Shown here: positions 22,328 to 35,891 of the stretch, one piece after another
How the letters are laid out: every line of letters begins with the position of its first letter
How positions within the stretch are numbered: position 1 is the first letter of the stretch
Assembly (NCBI RefSeq): GCF_006345805.1
Contig: NC_043002.1
Span: 25,110,001-25,174,000, forward strand
Source of the DNA: Octopus sinensis
Lineage: Eukaryota
DNA: 64,000 bases
Reading direction: 5' to 3'
Made by a program: the position numbers and the translations under genes
The notes under the pieces: model-generated
What the model saw: only the letters and a program-made list of their open reading frames with translations
What the model was told of the DNA's origin: nothing
Databases searched by the model: none

Positions 22328-24309
22328 TCAGTCTGACGTCATTGGACTGACTCTACTTGAAGTGTTGGTAATCTGGTCTAACGGCAAACAGGACGAAAGA
22401 TCTGTTGAACCAGAACTCGTTACTTGTACAATAATTTCTCCATTGGCTGTTGTTGGGATGTTGATTGTATTAGCAGTGATATTAGCAGCAGATGTTAAAG
22501 TGCTGACCTGCTGTATGGTAGCTGGTGTCGGTTGAAGACTTGGTGGTAGGATCAACTGAAGTGAAGCTGAAGGCAAACCAGCTGCACTGCATTGTTCAAG
22601 AAGTTCGTTTTTGATATTTGAAGCATCAATGTCAACACGAGATATTTGGACATTAATAGGAATGGTGCCGGTCTGTGAAGTATGTTGGGATAGGATATGA
22701 AGAGGGATTTCGGATGTGGCAGAATGGTGTTGTTGGTGGCTCGTCAAAGTAGGACTTAGAGGTGAATTCACAATGCTTATTTGCTCAGGACGTTGTCCAG
22801 CAACTTGGTTAGGTAGAAGCTGAGTACTGAGTGATGCTGCCGGCATACGTATGAAAGGCAAAGAGATATTTGAAATAAGCTGTAGAGTGTTGGGAGCTGC
22901 CTGCAAGAATTGTGGAGTAACAATGGTACTCTGCTGTGGCTGGCTACTCAACAAGATACCATTCATAACACTCTGAGCACCACTACTTACAGATGGACTA
23001 CTCACAGTTGAAGGTAACACTTGCGACACTGTCGTCTGTGAGCCAGTTGCTAAAGTTGATAAAGGGGCTCCTATTGAGTCCCTTGGCAGGCAATGTACTG
23101 TCTGAGATGTATGATCAACCAAGTTTTGGCTGATAGTCTGGGGTAGACTACCAGCTTGGCTTTCTAAAGATGCAGAATTTGTGGATTGTGAGAAAATAAT
23201 ATTATTAGAAGCCAAGTCTTTAGAAATTGATATAAAAGACGAACTGCTTGGTGTCATCGCTATCGTCGCTGGGGTACTGTTTGTTGATGATAGTGTTACT
23301 TGTTGTTGTAGCCGCTGCTGTTGTTGATGTTGTTGTTGTGATTGTGGTTGGCCACTGACTAAAAGAGATTTTGAGGTAACCAAACTTTTTAAAATGGGTT
23401 GCTCTACATCTGAAGAAACTGAATTGCTGCTCAGGTTCCCAATATTCAAGAACGATTGTTGACAAACAGGAGCACTTTTATTCGATTTTGAAATGTGTGG
23501 CGCTGTGATGATGTTGACAATGGATGATGTGGATACCAAAGAAGGAGACTCCGACACAGATTTCACAGATGAGCTGCTCCCAGCACCAACAAGTAATGTT
23601 GCAAATTTGTTAGTAGAAGACACTGACTGGTTACTATTACTATTGTTGGTTGTGTTAGCAGTGAGAAGACTTGTCAGAGTTTGTGGTGAAGAATCTTTCA
23701 TAGTATGACTTGCCTGAGAGTTCACTGGCACCATGGGATTCTGTACTTCAAGCACTCTCATCGTTGAAGTCTGCAGAGCCTTTTCAATATCTCGGTGTTG
23801 TCGCATGTGACTTCGTAAAGAATCCTGTCGGACAAACGAGGCATTACACTGCACACAGCAAAAGGATTTCTTGCAGTTTGGTTTGATTCTCATTTGAGAT
23901 CCACCAGATGGTTCCAGATTTGTTATAGGTGAAGAATTGGTGCTTGCATTGGCAGAAACTTTCTCGATAGGTTCTGATTTTTTGCGAGAACCTGTCTTCC
24001 TCTTCTGTTTCAGTTTGTCTGAATGTTTCTTTGCCATGTGAGTTTTCACATTGCTGTTCTGTTTGGAAGTGTAGGCACAATAATCACAAGAGAATGGACG
24101 ATCTTCACTGTGTGTGCGCAGGTGGTTAATTAATGCACTTTTACGGGAGCACTGATATGGACAAGATGGACATTTGATGGGGCGGTCAGTATCATGAGTC
24201 TTGATATGTTCTCGGTAACTCTTGCGAGAAGATGTAGCATAATTACAATTATCACAGTGGATCTGGTCATCTGTTGAGTGGTTGATTCGATAGTGACTTT
24301 TGAGGTTAG
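22328..24309 (-). CDS. ZFP64: ZFP64-like last coding exon 7 (end of ZF6, ZF7-ZF10, long S/T/Q-rich tail, stop)
   Basis: Lies within ORF 22328-24472. Acceptor ctcctacag|CT AAC CTC. Encodes NLKSHYRINH...KKSFCCVQCNASFVRQDSLRSHMRQH, the last finger resembling ZFP64 KKSFHCDICDASFMREDSLRSHKRQH (recalled). TGA ends at 22328. Confidence 0.95.
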
Positions 24310-24951
24310 CTGTAGGAGAGAGAGAGAGAAAGAGAGATAAATTCAGTGATGGGTATATCATCATATTTTTAAATATGATGGCTAAGAGTTGGGAAGCAAA
24401 ACATTCTACAGAAACAATCAAATGGACATTTACAAATATACACATGAGGGTGTAGGACAAAGGTGGGATCAAAAAAAGGAATATTGTTTTAGGGTTACAA
24501 TGATAAATATGTTGGCAGTGGTGGTGGTGGTGGCGGCCTTTTCATTAACATCATCATCATCAAGTTTGTATTTGTGCAGGCAGCTTTTGGTAGGGGTGGC
24601 AAGAGTAAGGATAAAAATTAACTTTAGTGGTGGGGAGGGTGTTGGGTAAGTGTCTTCCTTCAATGCCATAAGTTCACCAAAGTCTTGTTAGTAAAATTTG
24701 GTAGACAGAAGCTATGCAAAAGCTTGTCAGATGTGTGTGTTTGTGTGTGTGTGTGTGTCTATATACATACATATGTGTTCATGTATGAATGCATGTATGT
24801 ATGTAGTTTTGCATGTTGTATGCATGTATGACAGAGGGAAGAGTGAGAGAGAAGAGACAGAAAGAAAGAAAAACAGAGAGAAGAAGAGACAGAGAGAAGA
24901 TGGGAAGAGAGACAGAGAAAGAGAGGTGATTTGGAAATATATATGCCATAC

Positions 24952-25154
24952 CTTTAATTGAACACCTGTAATCACAGAGATCACACTTGTATGGCTTCTC
25001 CCCAGTGTGGATGCGGACATGTCGCTTGAGGTCTGAATTTATTTTGAACTTTGCATCACAAAGTTGACATTGAAATGGTGAGTCCCCTGTGTGTGTACGA
25101 ATGTGGACAATCAACTGACTGGAATTACGACTGGCATATGGACATATCTGGCAC
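24952..25154 (-). CDS. ZFP64: ZFP64-like coding exon 6 (ZF4, ZF5, start of ZF6)
   Basis: Encodes CQICPYASRNSSQLIVHIRTHTGDSPFQCQLCDAKFKINSDLKRHVRIHTGEKPYKCDLCDYRCSIK. Acceptor ctacag|G TGC, donor AAA G|GTATGG; 203 nt, phase 2 to 1. Confidence 0.95.
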
Positions 25155-25246
25155 CTGTAGATATAACAAACAACACACAAATATGTTAGCATTGTTTCAG
25201 TTTTAATCCGTCTGACTTCTGTTATCTTTTACTTACCTTTTATTCA

Positions 25247-25680
25247 TCATCATCATCATCATCATCGTTTAGTGTCCGCTCTCCATGCTAGCATGGGTTG
25301 GACGGTTCAACGGGAGTCTGGGAAACCAGAAGGCTGCACCAGGCTCAGTCTGATCTGGCAATGCTTCTACGGCTGAATGCCCTTCCTAACGCCAACCACT
25401 CCGTGAGTGTAGTGGGTGCTTTTTATGTGCCACCGGCACAGGTGCCAGACGAGGCTGGCAAACGGCCACGATCGGATGGTGCTTTTACGTACCACTGGCA
25501 TGGGGGCCAAGCAAGGCTGGCAATGGCCACGATCGGATGGTGCTTTTTACGTGCCACTGGCACGGAGGCCAGTCAGGGTGGCGCTGGCAACGGCCACGTT
25601 CAGACGGTTTTCTTACGTACCACCAGCACTGGTATCACAGCTGCAATTTCCATTGATGTTGATCGATTTCGATTGTAAAA
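25247..25680 (-). mobile_element. RTE-tail non-autonomous element
   Basis: Same (CAT)n end and GGCACGTAAAAAGCACC motifs as 14600-15995. Further copies at about 38270-38960, 40703-41000, 45765-46188, 47430-47865 and 55215-55530. Confidence 0.75.
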
Positions 25681-26450
25681 TACAATTTCTTGTTTCAGTT
25701 TATTTATTTTGGTCATTCGATTGCAACCATGCTGGGGCACCACCCTGAAGGATTTAGTCAAACAAATCAATCTCAGTATTTATTCTCTTTTTTAAGCCTG
25801 AGACTTATTCGATCAGTCTCTTTTGCCAAACTACTAAGTTACAGGGCTATAAACAAGCCAACACCATTTGTCAAGCAGAGGTAGAGGACAAACACAAAGA
25901 CACACACACATAGATATATACATGTATGCGTGCATGTGTGAGGTGTTAGGTGGCTGAATAGACATAGATATATGTGTATATACTAAAGAGAGGAGGGCTG
26001 CTCAGAAAGCAAGAGCAATGCCAGCTCCTAACTCTGCTATTACATACTCCCACTGCAACCATGAATTTCAGCCAAAATTAGCCTAATAATCCACCTCAGG
26101 ACCCACAAAATGTAAAGCTGATAATCTGGTCGTCTTCACGGACATGAAGTATGAATGTCATGTGTGTGTCACCATCAACACCATCATTTAACATCCGTTT
26201 TCCATGCTAGCATGGGTTGGATGGTTTGACTAAAGACTGGCAAGCCAGCAGGCTGCACCAGGCTCCAATCTGCTCTGGATGCCCTTCCTAATGCCAGCCA
26301 CTCTGAGAGTGTAGAGGGTGCTTTTTACATGCCACCAGCACAGGAGTCAGTCAGGGGGCACTGGCATCAACCACATTCAGATGGTACTTTTTACATGCTA
26401 CCATCACAGGAGCCAGTCAGGGGGCACCATCATCATACACACACACACAC

Positions 26451-27885
26451 AATGGGCTTCTTTCAGTTTCCACCTACCAAATCCACCACACAAAGCTTTG
26501 ATCAGCCTGAGGTTATAGGGGAAGACATTTACCTGGAGTACCACACAATGGAACTGATCCCAAAACTGTTACTGATATTTATTTATTTATCTTATCAATT
26601 GGCACAGGAATAATTATGTTATGACATTTGTCTTGTCACCAGAGGATTCTGACTCCTGGATTCAATCTTACTGCATGGATACCTTGGGCAAGTGTCTTCT
26701 ATTATACTACCTACTGTAACCTCAAGACACCCAATGCCCTGTGCGTGTATTTTCTAACCAGAAACTGGAAAAAACATATCACATATGTGTGTGTGCATTG
26801 TTTTTTATGTGGGTGAGTGAGTGTGTATGTGCATGTAGATGTGTTTGTGCTTATGTGTGTATATGTGTATGTGTGCACACAAGTGTGTTTGTGTGTGTGA
26901 TTTTCACTAACATGTGTTGGTTTGCAATATCCCACAAGCAAGAAGCCCCATAGTTTCATCTCTCACTGTGTAAGAACCAGTGGATCAGCAAATGCTATGT
27001 AGTTGAACAGAATTCAAAATAACTCAAGGCAAATATATAACAGGCCAATCACTAGTTCACTGCATTTCCAACAGAGGGAGTGATGAGGGAGTGTCATCTG
27101 TGCAACAAAGATGGAATAAAAACCCCATGGTATTTTACTCCATCCACCCATCCTACACACACATACACACACACACACAATGGGCTTCTTTCAGTTTCCA
27201 CCTACCAAATCCACCACACAAAGCTTTGATCAGCCTGAGGTTATAGGGGAAGACATTTACCTGGAGTACCACACAATGGAACTGATCCCAAAACTGTTAC
27301 TGATATTTATTTATTTATCTTATCAATTGGCACAGGAATAATTATGTTATGACATTTGTCTTGTCACCAGAGGATTCTGACTCCTGGATTCAATCTTACT
27401 GCATGGATACCTTGGGCAAGTGTCTTCTATTATACTACCTACTGTAACCTCAAGACACCCAATGCCCTGTGCGTGTATTTTCTAACCAGAAACTGGAAAA
27501 AACATATCACATATGTGTGTGTGCATTGTTTTTTATGTGGGTGAGTGAGTGTGTATGTGCATGTAGATGTGTTTGTGCTTATGTGTGTATATGTGTATGT
27601 GTGCACACAAGTGTGTTTGTGTGTGTGATTTTCACTAACATGTGTTGGTTTGCAATATCCCACAAGCAAGAAGCCCCATAGTTTCATCTCTCACTGTGTA
27701 AGAACCAGTGGATCAGCAAATGCTATGTAGTTGAACAGAATTCAAAATAACTCAAGGCAAATATATAACAGGCCAATCACTAGTTCACTGCATTTCCAAC
27801 AGAGGGAGTGATGAGGGAGTGTCATCTGTGCAACAAAGATGGAATAAAAACCCCATGGTATTTTACTCCATCCACCCATCCTACA

Positions 27886-27906
<21 letters not shown>
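26451..27906. repeat. 728-bp near-perfect tandem duplication
   Basis: AATGGGCTTC at 26451 and 27179; identical ORFs offset by 728; (CA)n at the junctions. Confidence 0.9.
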
Positions 27907-27949
<43 letters not shown>

Positions 27950-28991
27950 TATGTACATCTGTGTATGGTTAAGAAGTTTGCTTCTTAATCACATGACCTC
28001 AGGTTCAGTCTCACTATGTGGCATCTCAGGCAAGTGGCTTCCACTTTAGCCCTTAGGTTGACCCATGCCTGATGAGAGAATTTGGAAGACAGAAGCTCAA
28101 AAGTTGTGCAGAAGTCCTCATATATCTGATTAAGGAGAGGTGATCAGCAAGGGTACTCACCAACAATAACCACAATTTATTAACTCACAACAGTAGATTT
28201 CACCATTTCTTCCATACCATCCATTTATTTGTTTATTAATGTCTGTTTTTTCCATACTAACATGAACCGGAGGGGTACAAATCTGAAGCAGGATTTTACA
28301 GCCAGATGCTCTTTGTGTCATCAGCTCTGACTTGTTTTTCAAATAAGGAAATTTATTTTTATTTCATGCATCTCTCAAAGCTCAGAACAACTGCTTGTAA
28401 TGTCATCAAGAAATGTAAACATCATTTCACTGAAGCAGTGACAAATTGTGGAATATCAACATTCATACACACACATCCATAAATATGCACACACAAACAC
28501 ACACACACACACACAAACAGCTTCTTGTAGTTTCTGTCTACCAAATTTACTCTCAAATCATTAGTTATCCTGGGTCTATAGTAGAAGGCACTTACCAAGA
28601 TGCCAAGCATGGAACTGAACCTGAGACCAGGTGACTACAAAGCAAATACTTCAATTACACAGTTATGCTTGTAATCAATTTTGTAGTCTATTGGCAGTTG
28701 ATTTACTGTTCCTTTCGTCGACTGTCTTACCATCCACTATACCAGTCAATTTACCATTTCTTTTACTATTTCCCTTAACAGTCAATTTACTACTCTTTTT
28801 ACCAGTCAACATGTCCTCCCTTTCATCAGTTATTTTTACATGCCTTTTATTACTCCTTTACCAATTCCTTTACTATTCTTCATTAACATCTCTTTTACCA
28901 CTGATTCTATTAATCCTTTTGTCAGATACTATGCCAATTCAGCAATGCTACAGAAGTGGCACAAAAACAACAGAATTTGATACCAACTCAC

Positions 28992-29064
28992 TTGAAAGGC
29001 CTCTCATTTGTGTGAATCCGGAGATGTTTTTTCAAACTGCTGCTGTCGGCTGACGAATATGGAC
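28992..29064 (-). CDS. ZFP64: ZFP64-like coding exon 5 (rest of ZF3: CPYSSADSSSLKKHLRIHTNERPFK); not in the ORF track
   Basis: Read manually from the reverse complement. Acceptor ctacttcag|GT CCA, donor TTC AA|GTGAGT; 73 nt, phase 1 to 2. Matches the ZFP64 finger ADSSSLNKHLRIH (recalled). Confidence 0.92.
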
Positions 29065-30316
29065 CTGAAGTAGAAAATAATATCATAGATAGAGGGGTAG
29101 TGATGGCTGTGAGGATGGGGTTTTGACTTCTGCTTTAACAAACAACCTCACAAAGCATTTCTGTACTGTGTTTCTAGGTAACTAGCAGTAAAATGATATT
29201 GAACTATCAGACCAGAGATATTAAGTCTGATTTCTATTTAAGGTCTAAAGATGTCTGTCTCAAGTTTTTAACCTCATTAGACAGGACTCATCTCAGTTTC
29301 ACAACCTAGAAGCAACCAAGAATACAATACTCTCCTTGAAAAGATGTTTGTCTGTTGCAGAGTTAACTCCCAGCTGTTGCTGTGACTCATTTTCATCTGA
29401 ATGAACTGGAGTAACATAAAATGAAGTATTTTGCTCAAGAACATATTGTGCAGCTGTCTTAGAATTGAAAGCTTGACCTTATGATTGTAAGTTAAACACA
29501 CTAACTAGCCAATCATGTGCCTTCAGAATTTCGATAGTGGGACCTTTTGAATTCTATCTTATTCTTATTGTTAATGTCATTTAACCCCAGAAAAATCCTG
29601 ATCCAGTTGATCTATAATAAAATGCTTTCCAGCAGAGACTATCTCATCTTGATTTCAGACATAGTATATCTAAAACTACATTACATTATCTTACTTTTGC
29701 TATTATGATCATAAATTATGTAAAATGTTTTTTATGGGTTACTCAGAAGAAGAAAAAAATCTGCCTCAATAAATTCAATCTGACTTCAATATTTCGTCCA
29801 GGGTCTCCCTCTTCCACACATTCCCAACACCCTGAATAAATCTGTATAGGACTGTCAACCTTTGGATTTCTATGTGTACCATAAATAATTAAATATAAAT
29901 CAATTAAATGCACAAAACTATTATATCAAAGAACCTGAAGACACTTATTCAGCAGAAAAATGTGTCGGAATGTAATATGAAGAAAATGCTTTTTAATAAA
30001 TTTTCAAGATGTATAACTCTCCATTTTTCATTATTATGTCTTGATAAGATTCTCTGTATTCCACATGAAATCCACTGAAGCGAACTCGGGGTTTACCATT
30101 CAAAGGGAGTACAGTTTAATTGTTTTATCAGATCGCTTGCACAGTATCTGCCCAGATTTAAAATCCCTATTCTTTTGTGTAGTGTGTGTGTGTGTGTGTG
30201 TGTGTGTGGTGTGTCTGTGTGTGTGTGTCTGTGTGTGTGTCTGTGTGTGTGTGTGTGTCTGTGTGTGTGTGTGTGTGTCTGTGTGTGTGTGTGTGTGTGT
30301 CTGTGTGTGTGTGTGT

Positions 30317-30353
<37 letters not shown>

Positions 30354-30369
30354 GTATGGATATACATAC

Positions 30370-30621
30370 ACATTTCACATTGATATGGTTTGGTGCCAGT
30401 ATGGCCCCTCTCATGGATCTTCAGCTTGTCACTGCGATTAAAAGACTTCTGACACTTTGTACATTGGAAAGGCCTCTCGCCTGTGTGTGTACGGGTATGT
30501 CGGTCAAGGTCCTTCATGTAGGCCGTCTGAAACTCACACACTTCAAAAGTGCACTTGAACTTCTTGTGGAGTGTTGGTCTGGATTTGACGGACGTTTTAC
30601 TTCCACTGGATGTTTGGGCCG
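30370..30621 (-). CDS. ZFP64: ZFP64-like coding exon 4 (ZF1, ZF2, start of ZF3)
   Basis: Encodes [63 protein letters not shown]. Acceptor tttctttcag|CG, donor ATG T|GTATGT; 252 nt, phase 1 to 1. Confidence 0.93.
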
Positions 30622-31342
30622 CTGAAAGAAACAAACAGAAAGAGTAAAGGTGAGACAATGGGAAAGTATGTGATACATGATGATGTCTCTCTCTCTCTCT
30701 CTCACACTCACAAATACACACACACAAACAAATACACACAAACACATACACAAACACACACAAACATATATACACACATATGCACACACATAGAATACCA
30801 TATGTACACACACAAACACATATACATGTGACACTCTGGACAAGTGTTTTCAACTATAACTTCAAGCAGACCCAAGCCTTGTGAGTGGATTTGGTAGATG
30901 GAAAGTGAAAGAACCCTTGCATATATGTATATATATATATGTATGTGTGTAATGTGTCTTTGTGTCTGTATTTGTCCCCCACTACCACTTGACAACTAGT
31001 GTTGGTGTGTTTACATCTGGTAACTTAGTGGTTCAGCAAAAGACACCAACAGAATAAGTACCAGGCTTCAAAAAAAAATAATAATAATAATAATTAACGG
31101 GATTCATTCATTTGACTAAAATTCTTCACAGCAGTGCCCCAGCATGGTCACAGTCTAATGACCAAAACAAGTAAAAATTTTTGAAAATGAAATAAATACA
31201 TAGGCTGAAAATAGCCAGTTTCAATGCTAAAGGGCCAAAGTGAGGAAAGACCTTGTGCAAGGTCAATCTCACTATCTAAACAATGTATACATTTTCTCAA
31301 AAAGAAGAACTAGTCTATAACATTAGATGCAAACAAAGTCAC

Positions 31343-31551
31343 AGGTGATGGCTGGTTACCAACTTAACATGGCAGTCCCAGGAAAGGGAAGAATGCTACT
31401 GCTATTTAGCTCCAAGAAACACCATTTCTAGTTGGCTATTAGAACGCTTGTGTTGCATAGCCAACTAGAAACGGTGTTTCTTGGGGGCTAAATAGCAGTA
31501 GCATTCTTCCCTTTCCTGGGACTGTCATATTAAGTTGGCAACAAGCCATCA
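31343..31551. repeat. Inverted duplication of about 95-bp arms with 17-nt spacer
   Basis: GTGATGGCT...TAGTTGGCTAT / ATAGCCAACTA...AGCCATCAC, with several substitutions between arms. Confidence 0.85.
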
Positions 31552-32764
31552 CTTTATTATGCTATTACTGCATAACTCTCTCTGAGAGATTTAGAAATCT
31601 AAAGTCATAGGTGTTACATCAGAATTTAACGGCCTCACTCACAACTGTTGGATACCCATTGACTCTACTGAGTTCATCTACCCTTTGACAGGTCCTTTTG
31701 TTTTTCATCCTGCAGGGGATCCAATGAAAATCACCCTCCTTGCCAAACAAGCTTGATACAGTTGGCAGTTTAATTGCTGACCACCTAATCATATGTGTGT
31801 GTGTGTGTGTGTGTTTATAGATGCAGATATGGCTGTGGGGTTAAGAAGTATATTTCACAACCATGTGGTTTAAGGCTCAGTTCTACTGTACCTACTTTGG
31901 ACAAGTGTCTTCTTCTATAGCCCCAGATTGACTAATCCCTTGTGAATGGATTTGGTAAACAGAAACTGTTCAGAAGCACACTATGGGCATGTGTTTTCTT
32001 TGTGTTTGTCTCTTACCACTCGACAAATGGTGTTCACGTGTTTACATCCCCATAACTTAGTGGTTCAACAAAAAGAGACAGATAAAATAAGTACCATACT
32101 AAAAATAAAAATAACAGAATTGATTTCATCAATTAAACTTATAAGACAGTGCCCCAGCATGGCCACAGTGTAGTCCAATGTATGTAAATGTGTATATGTA
32201 TACATATGTATATGTGTGTTTGTATACGTATGTGTGTGTGTGTTTATCCCCCACCATTGCTTGACAACTGGTGTTGGTTTGTTTACATCCTGTTTCTTAG
32301 CAGTTTGGCAAAAGAGACCAATGAAATGAGTATCAGACTTAGAAATGGGAAACTGGGATTGATTTGTTCAATGAAACCAGTGATTCTCAACCCATTTTTT
32401 ACCCATGGACCCCTTTGATTTCTATTTTACTCTACTGGATCCCCTCCATAGCCATTCACTGTGTATAAAAATAAAATCTTACTGTGTTTTTATAATTAGA
32501 TATTATCAAGAATTGTATTTTAAAAATTGTTAAAATACTTTGTGTATTGCACAAGTTTTAACCAATTTATTGTACATAAATTTTAACAACAAAATCTTAT
32601 ATAGACCACCTGCCAAGGGCCATATGAATCTTGGTTGAGAACCACTGAACCAAACCCTTCAAGGCAATGCCCCAGCATGGCCACAATCCAATGACTGAAG
32701 CAAATAAAAGATAAAGGATAAACTGAAAAGATAAGAATTTCTATGAGAAAGATAAAAATAAATA

Positions 32765-33013
32765 TATGCGCCCTTTTAAAGCCTAGCCAGGCTCATGGGC
32801 CTGGTTTCCCGGTTTCTATGACATATGTGTTCCCCAGCTGGATGGGACGCCAGTATATCGCAGCATTACTCATTTTTGCCAGCTGAGTGGACTGGAGCAA
32901 TGTGAAATGAAGTGTTTTGCTCAAGAACACAACGCATCACCCAGTCCAGGAATCGAAACCACAATCTTACGATCACGGTGCTGACACCCTAACCACTAAG
33001 CCACGTGCTTCCA
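32765..33013 (-). mobile_element. tRNA-derived SINE
   Basis: Minus-strand head GTGGCTTAGTGGTTAGGGTG...GGTTTCGATTCC; a related decayed copy at about 13640-13860. Confidence 0.7.
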
Positions 33014-33073
33014 CTTCTATGAGAAAAGAAAATGAATTTTATAGGAAGAAGGTAAAAGATACATAATACATAC

Positions 33074-33992
33074 CTTGTTTTGTTGATGTTGTTGTAGAGG
33101 TGCTGCTTGCAGTGGTTGCTGGTAGCACAGGTATTAGACAAGTAGACTGCGACTGAAAGACTGGGTTAGCTTCAACAGGATTGACATTGTTAGAACAATC
33201 ACTAACAGCAATGTTGTGTTGGGTGACGTGGGATGATACTTGTGTAGATTGAGGCTGTTGCTGGTGGGAAGATGAAGAAGTTTCCAGAGACTGGCACTCG
33301 GACAAAAGGGAACTGGCATGACCCACAGAACTGTCAAATTCCTGAACGATAGCCATCAAACTACTAACAGAACCTGCTTCTGAACTACCTAGCATCCGCA
33401 GCCGGTAGCTATCAATCTGTGAAGTGTTCTGTGACTGAGTAGATGATACACACGAAGAGATATTGTTGATGGTAGTGATGGGGGTGGTGGTATTGTTGTT
33501 GGTGGTGGATGTAATGGTGGTATTGGTGGCAGTGGCAGTGGTAGTATTAATGGTGGTGGTAGTAATGATGTTGTTGTTATTGTAGGGTTGTTGGTTATCA
33601 CAGGAGAGTAAAGTGAAGTTTTGTGGGAGAGCCTGCTGGTTGCTAGGCAATACATCAGAGCTGATCGGAGCCAAATTCTCTAAAGATTCTGTAATGATTT
33701 GCTCAGTGAAAAACTGTTGTGCAACTGCAGCGTCTCTTGAAGACGTCGCATCTGCCTGAAGCTGTTCTTGGACACGTTTTACCAGAACCTGATTGCTGAC
33801 ATTGGTTGATGGAGCCACAATAGATGAAGATGAGGGGCTGCTGTTCAATCCCAGGCTCTGTACTAACTGTTCTGTTGTCACAGCAACACACACTTGTGAT
33901 GAGTTTTGATCCATTTTTGTAATATAAGCATTCTTTGCTTCACTCGACAGTTCCGACAGATCTGTGGTACCATCAATAACATGACTGCTGGC
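33074..33992 (-). CDS. ZFP64: ZFP64-like coding exon 3 (low-complexity S/T/Q/N-rich region)
   Basis: Extends ORF 33039-33914 upstream in frame (ASSHVIDGTTDLSELSSEAKNAYITK-MDQ). Acceptor ttttctag|GCC, donor CAA G|GTATGT; 919 nt, phase 0 to 1. Confidence 0.85.
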
Positions 33993-34028
33993 CTAGAAAA
34001 TAGAGTTGTCAATAATGAATGTTCATCA

Positions 34029-34065
<37 letters not shown>

Positions 34066-34236
34066 CTTTCTTTATCTGTCTATCTCTTTGTCTCTCAAAT
34101 ATATACATTCTCTCTTATTCTCTCATACACTCACACCCTCTCTAACACACACACAAATCCATGCAATCTCTTTCACACAATGCTCTCTCACTCTCTCTCT
34201 CTTACACACAATCCATACAATCTCTGTCACACATTC

Positions 34237-34293
<57 letters not shown>

Positions 34294-35170
34294 CTCTCTC
34301 TTTCTAGTACACGTGAAGAGTAGACAACACAAAGATTACACACAGAGTACACAAACAGATTATCTTTCAGAGTTATTATCGCAAGATCCAGGGTCGTATT
34401 TCATTGTTCTTGGTCAGCCTCACAATCCTGCCTGCCTTTAAGGAAGGAAGGAACAAACAAACAGGCAAACAAACAAAGGTGGAGTGGGCGAGAAGTTTTT
34501 GTCAAACCAGAACCCTTGCTCCAAATACCTGTAACAATGTGGTGGGATCCACTAAAGGGACCAGATGTGCCTGGTAGTTGAAGTCTATGGTAAGATTTGA
34601 ACTTGGAATGCAAGGAGATGGAACAAATACCATGGGGCATTCCATCCAACATTCAAACAACTCTGCCAATTCATCACTTTTAGAGGATGGCAGATGATTT
34701 GAGGGAGGTTTCACTGATATTTCTAGTAGAGGAGTTATCTAATAGATGTCTGTCGCACGTGCGTGCGTGTGTGTTCTTTCTTTTATGCATTTCAACCAGT
34801 GAAAAAACTACTTAGCAGGGTGTAGTTTCAATCTACGGACTTCTGGGTTACAGGCCCAACACACTTCCACTGCACTTGTGTGTGTCTCTTTGTGGTACAA
34901 CGCTGGATATTAGATGGACACATTCTCATATATGTTGCTATAAAAACATCTCAGGTTATTAAAGAGGAGTTTTGTAAGGGGAGATTTTCAATTTAAATTT
35001 TTCTGTTGTCGAAGATTCGTTTTGTCAATGGACCCGGAAGTTGTTGTTCACAAACAGCAGCAGTAACTTTCTTTAGCTGAATACATGCCATTGATTGGTT
35101 AAAATTACCCAAATACGACAACTTCTAAAATACAAAATTTTGTCAAAAATGTTAAAAGTAAACCCTGTTC

Positions 35171-35891
35171 GGATCTTTTCACTTTGACCGGCAGATTTTT
35201 TAAAATAATTTCTATGTGACTAAAAAATTTTAAACTTCGTATACTGGTAGAATGTGTTTATAAAACATCTTTTTCTCTTGGCTTTCTTGAGAAAATTCTG
35301 TAGTTTGTAACATATTTGTTGTTTAATTTCTTGCATTTCGGCAATTTCAACCAATCAATGACGTCTACTGAGGTAAAAACAATTTCTGCTGTAACATTTT
35401 CTGGCGACGTCATATGAAAATGTCCCTGTTACATATTATATATTCGTTTAAGAAACAGATTGGGTTTATTTACATTTCTGAAGAAAAAAATATACCCTTC
35501 CCTCAACCCCTAACCCTAACTCTAACCCTAACCCAAAAACAGAATGAAATGCAATAGATCGATACTAGGGTCATAATTATGGGTGGACATTAAAGAGGGA
35601 ACGGTTTTGTTATCCAGCTCTGTTTAAGAGTGACCCCTCAGTTTATGGCCACAGGGTATATTTTTTCTCATAAAAAACAGACATTTTCACCTCAATAGAC
35701 GTCATTGATTGGTTGAAATTGCCGAAATGCAAGAAATTAAACAACAACTATGTTACAAACTACAGAATTTTCTCAAGAAAGCCAAGAGAAAAAGATGTTT
35801 TATAAACACATTCTACCAGTATACGAAGTTTAAAATTTTTTAGTTACATAGAAATTATTTTTAAAATCTGCCGGTCAAAGTGAAAAGATCC
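35171..35891. mobile_element. MITE (721 bp) with about 200-bp TIRs
   Basis: GGATCTTTTCACTTTGACCGGCAG / CTGCCGGTCAAAGTGAAAAGATCC termini; 8-bp TSD-like CCCTGTTC (35163-35170) vs TCCTGTTC (35892-35899). Confidence 0.85.

Noticed and set aside
22311-24080. Plus-strand and alternative-frame ORFs overlapping ZFP64 exon 7
   Set aside because: Shadow ORFs of a low-complexity coding exon.
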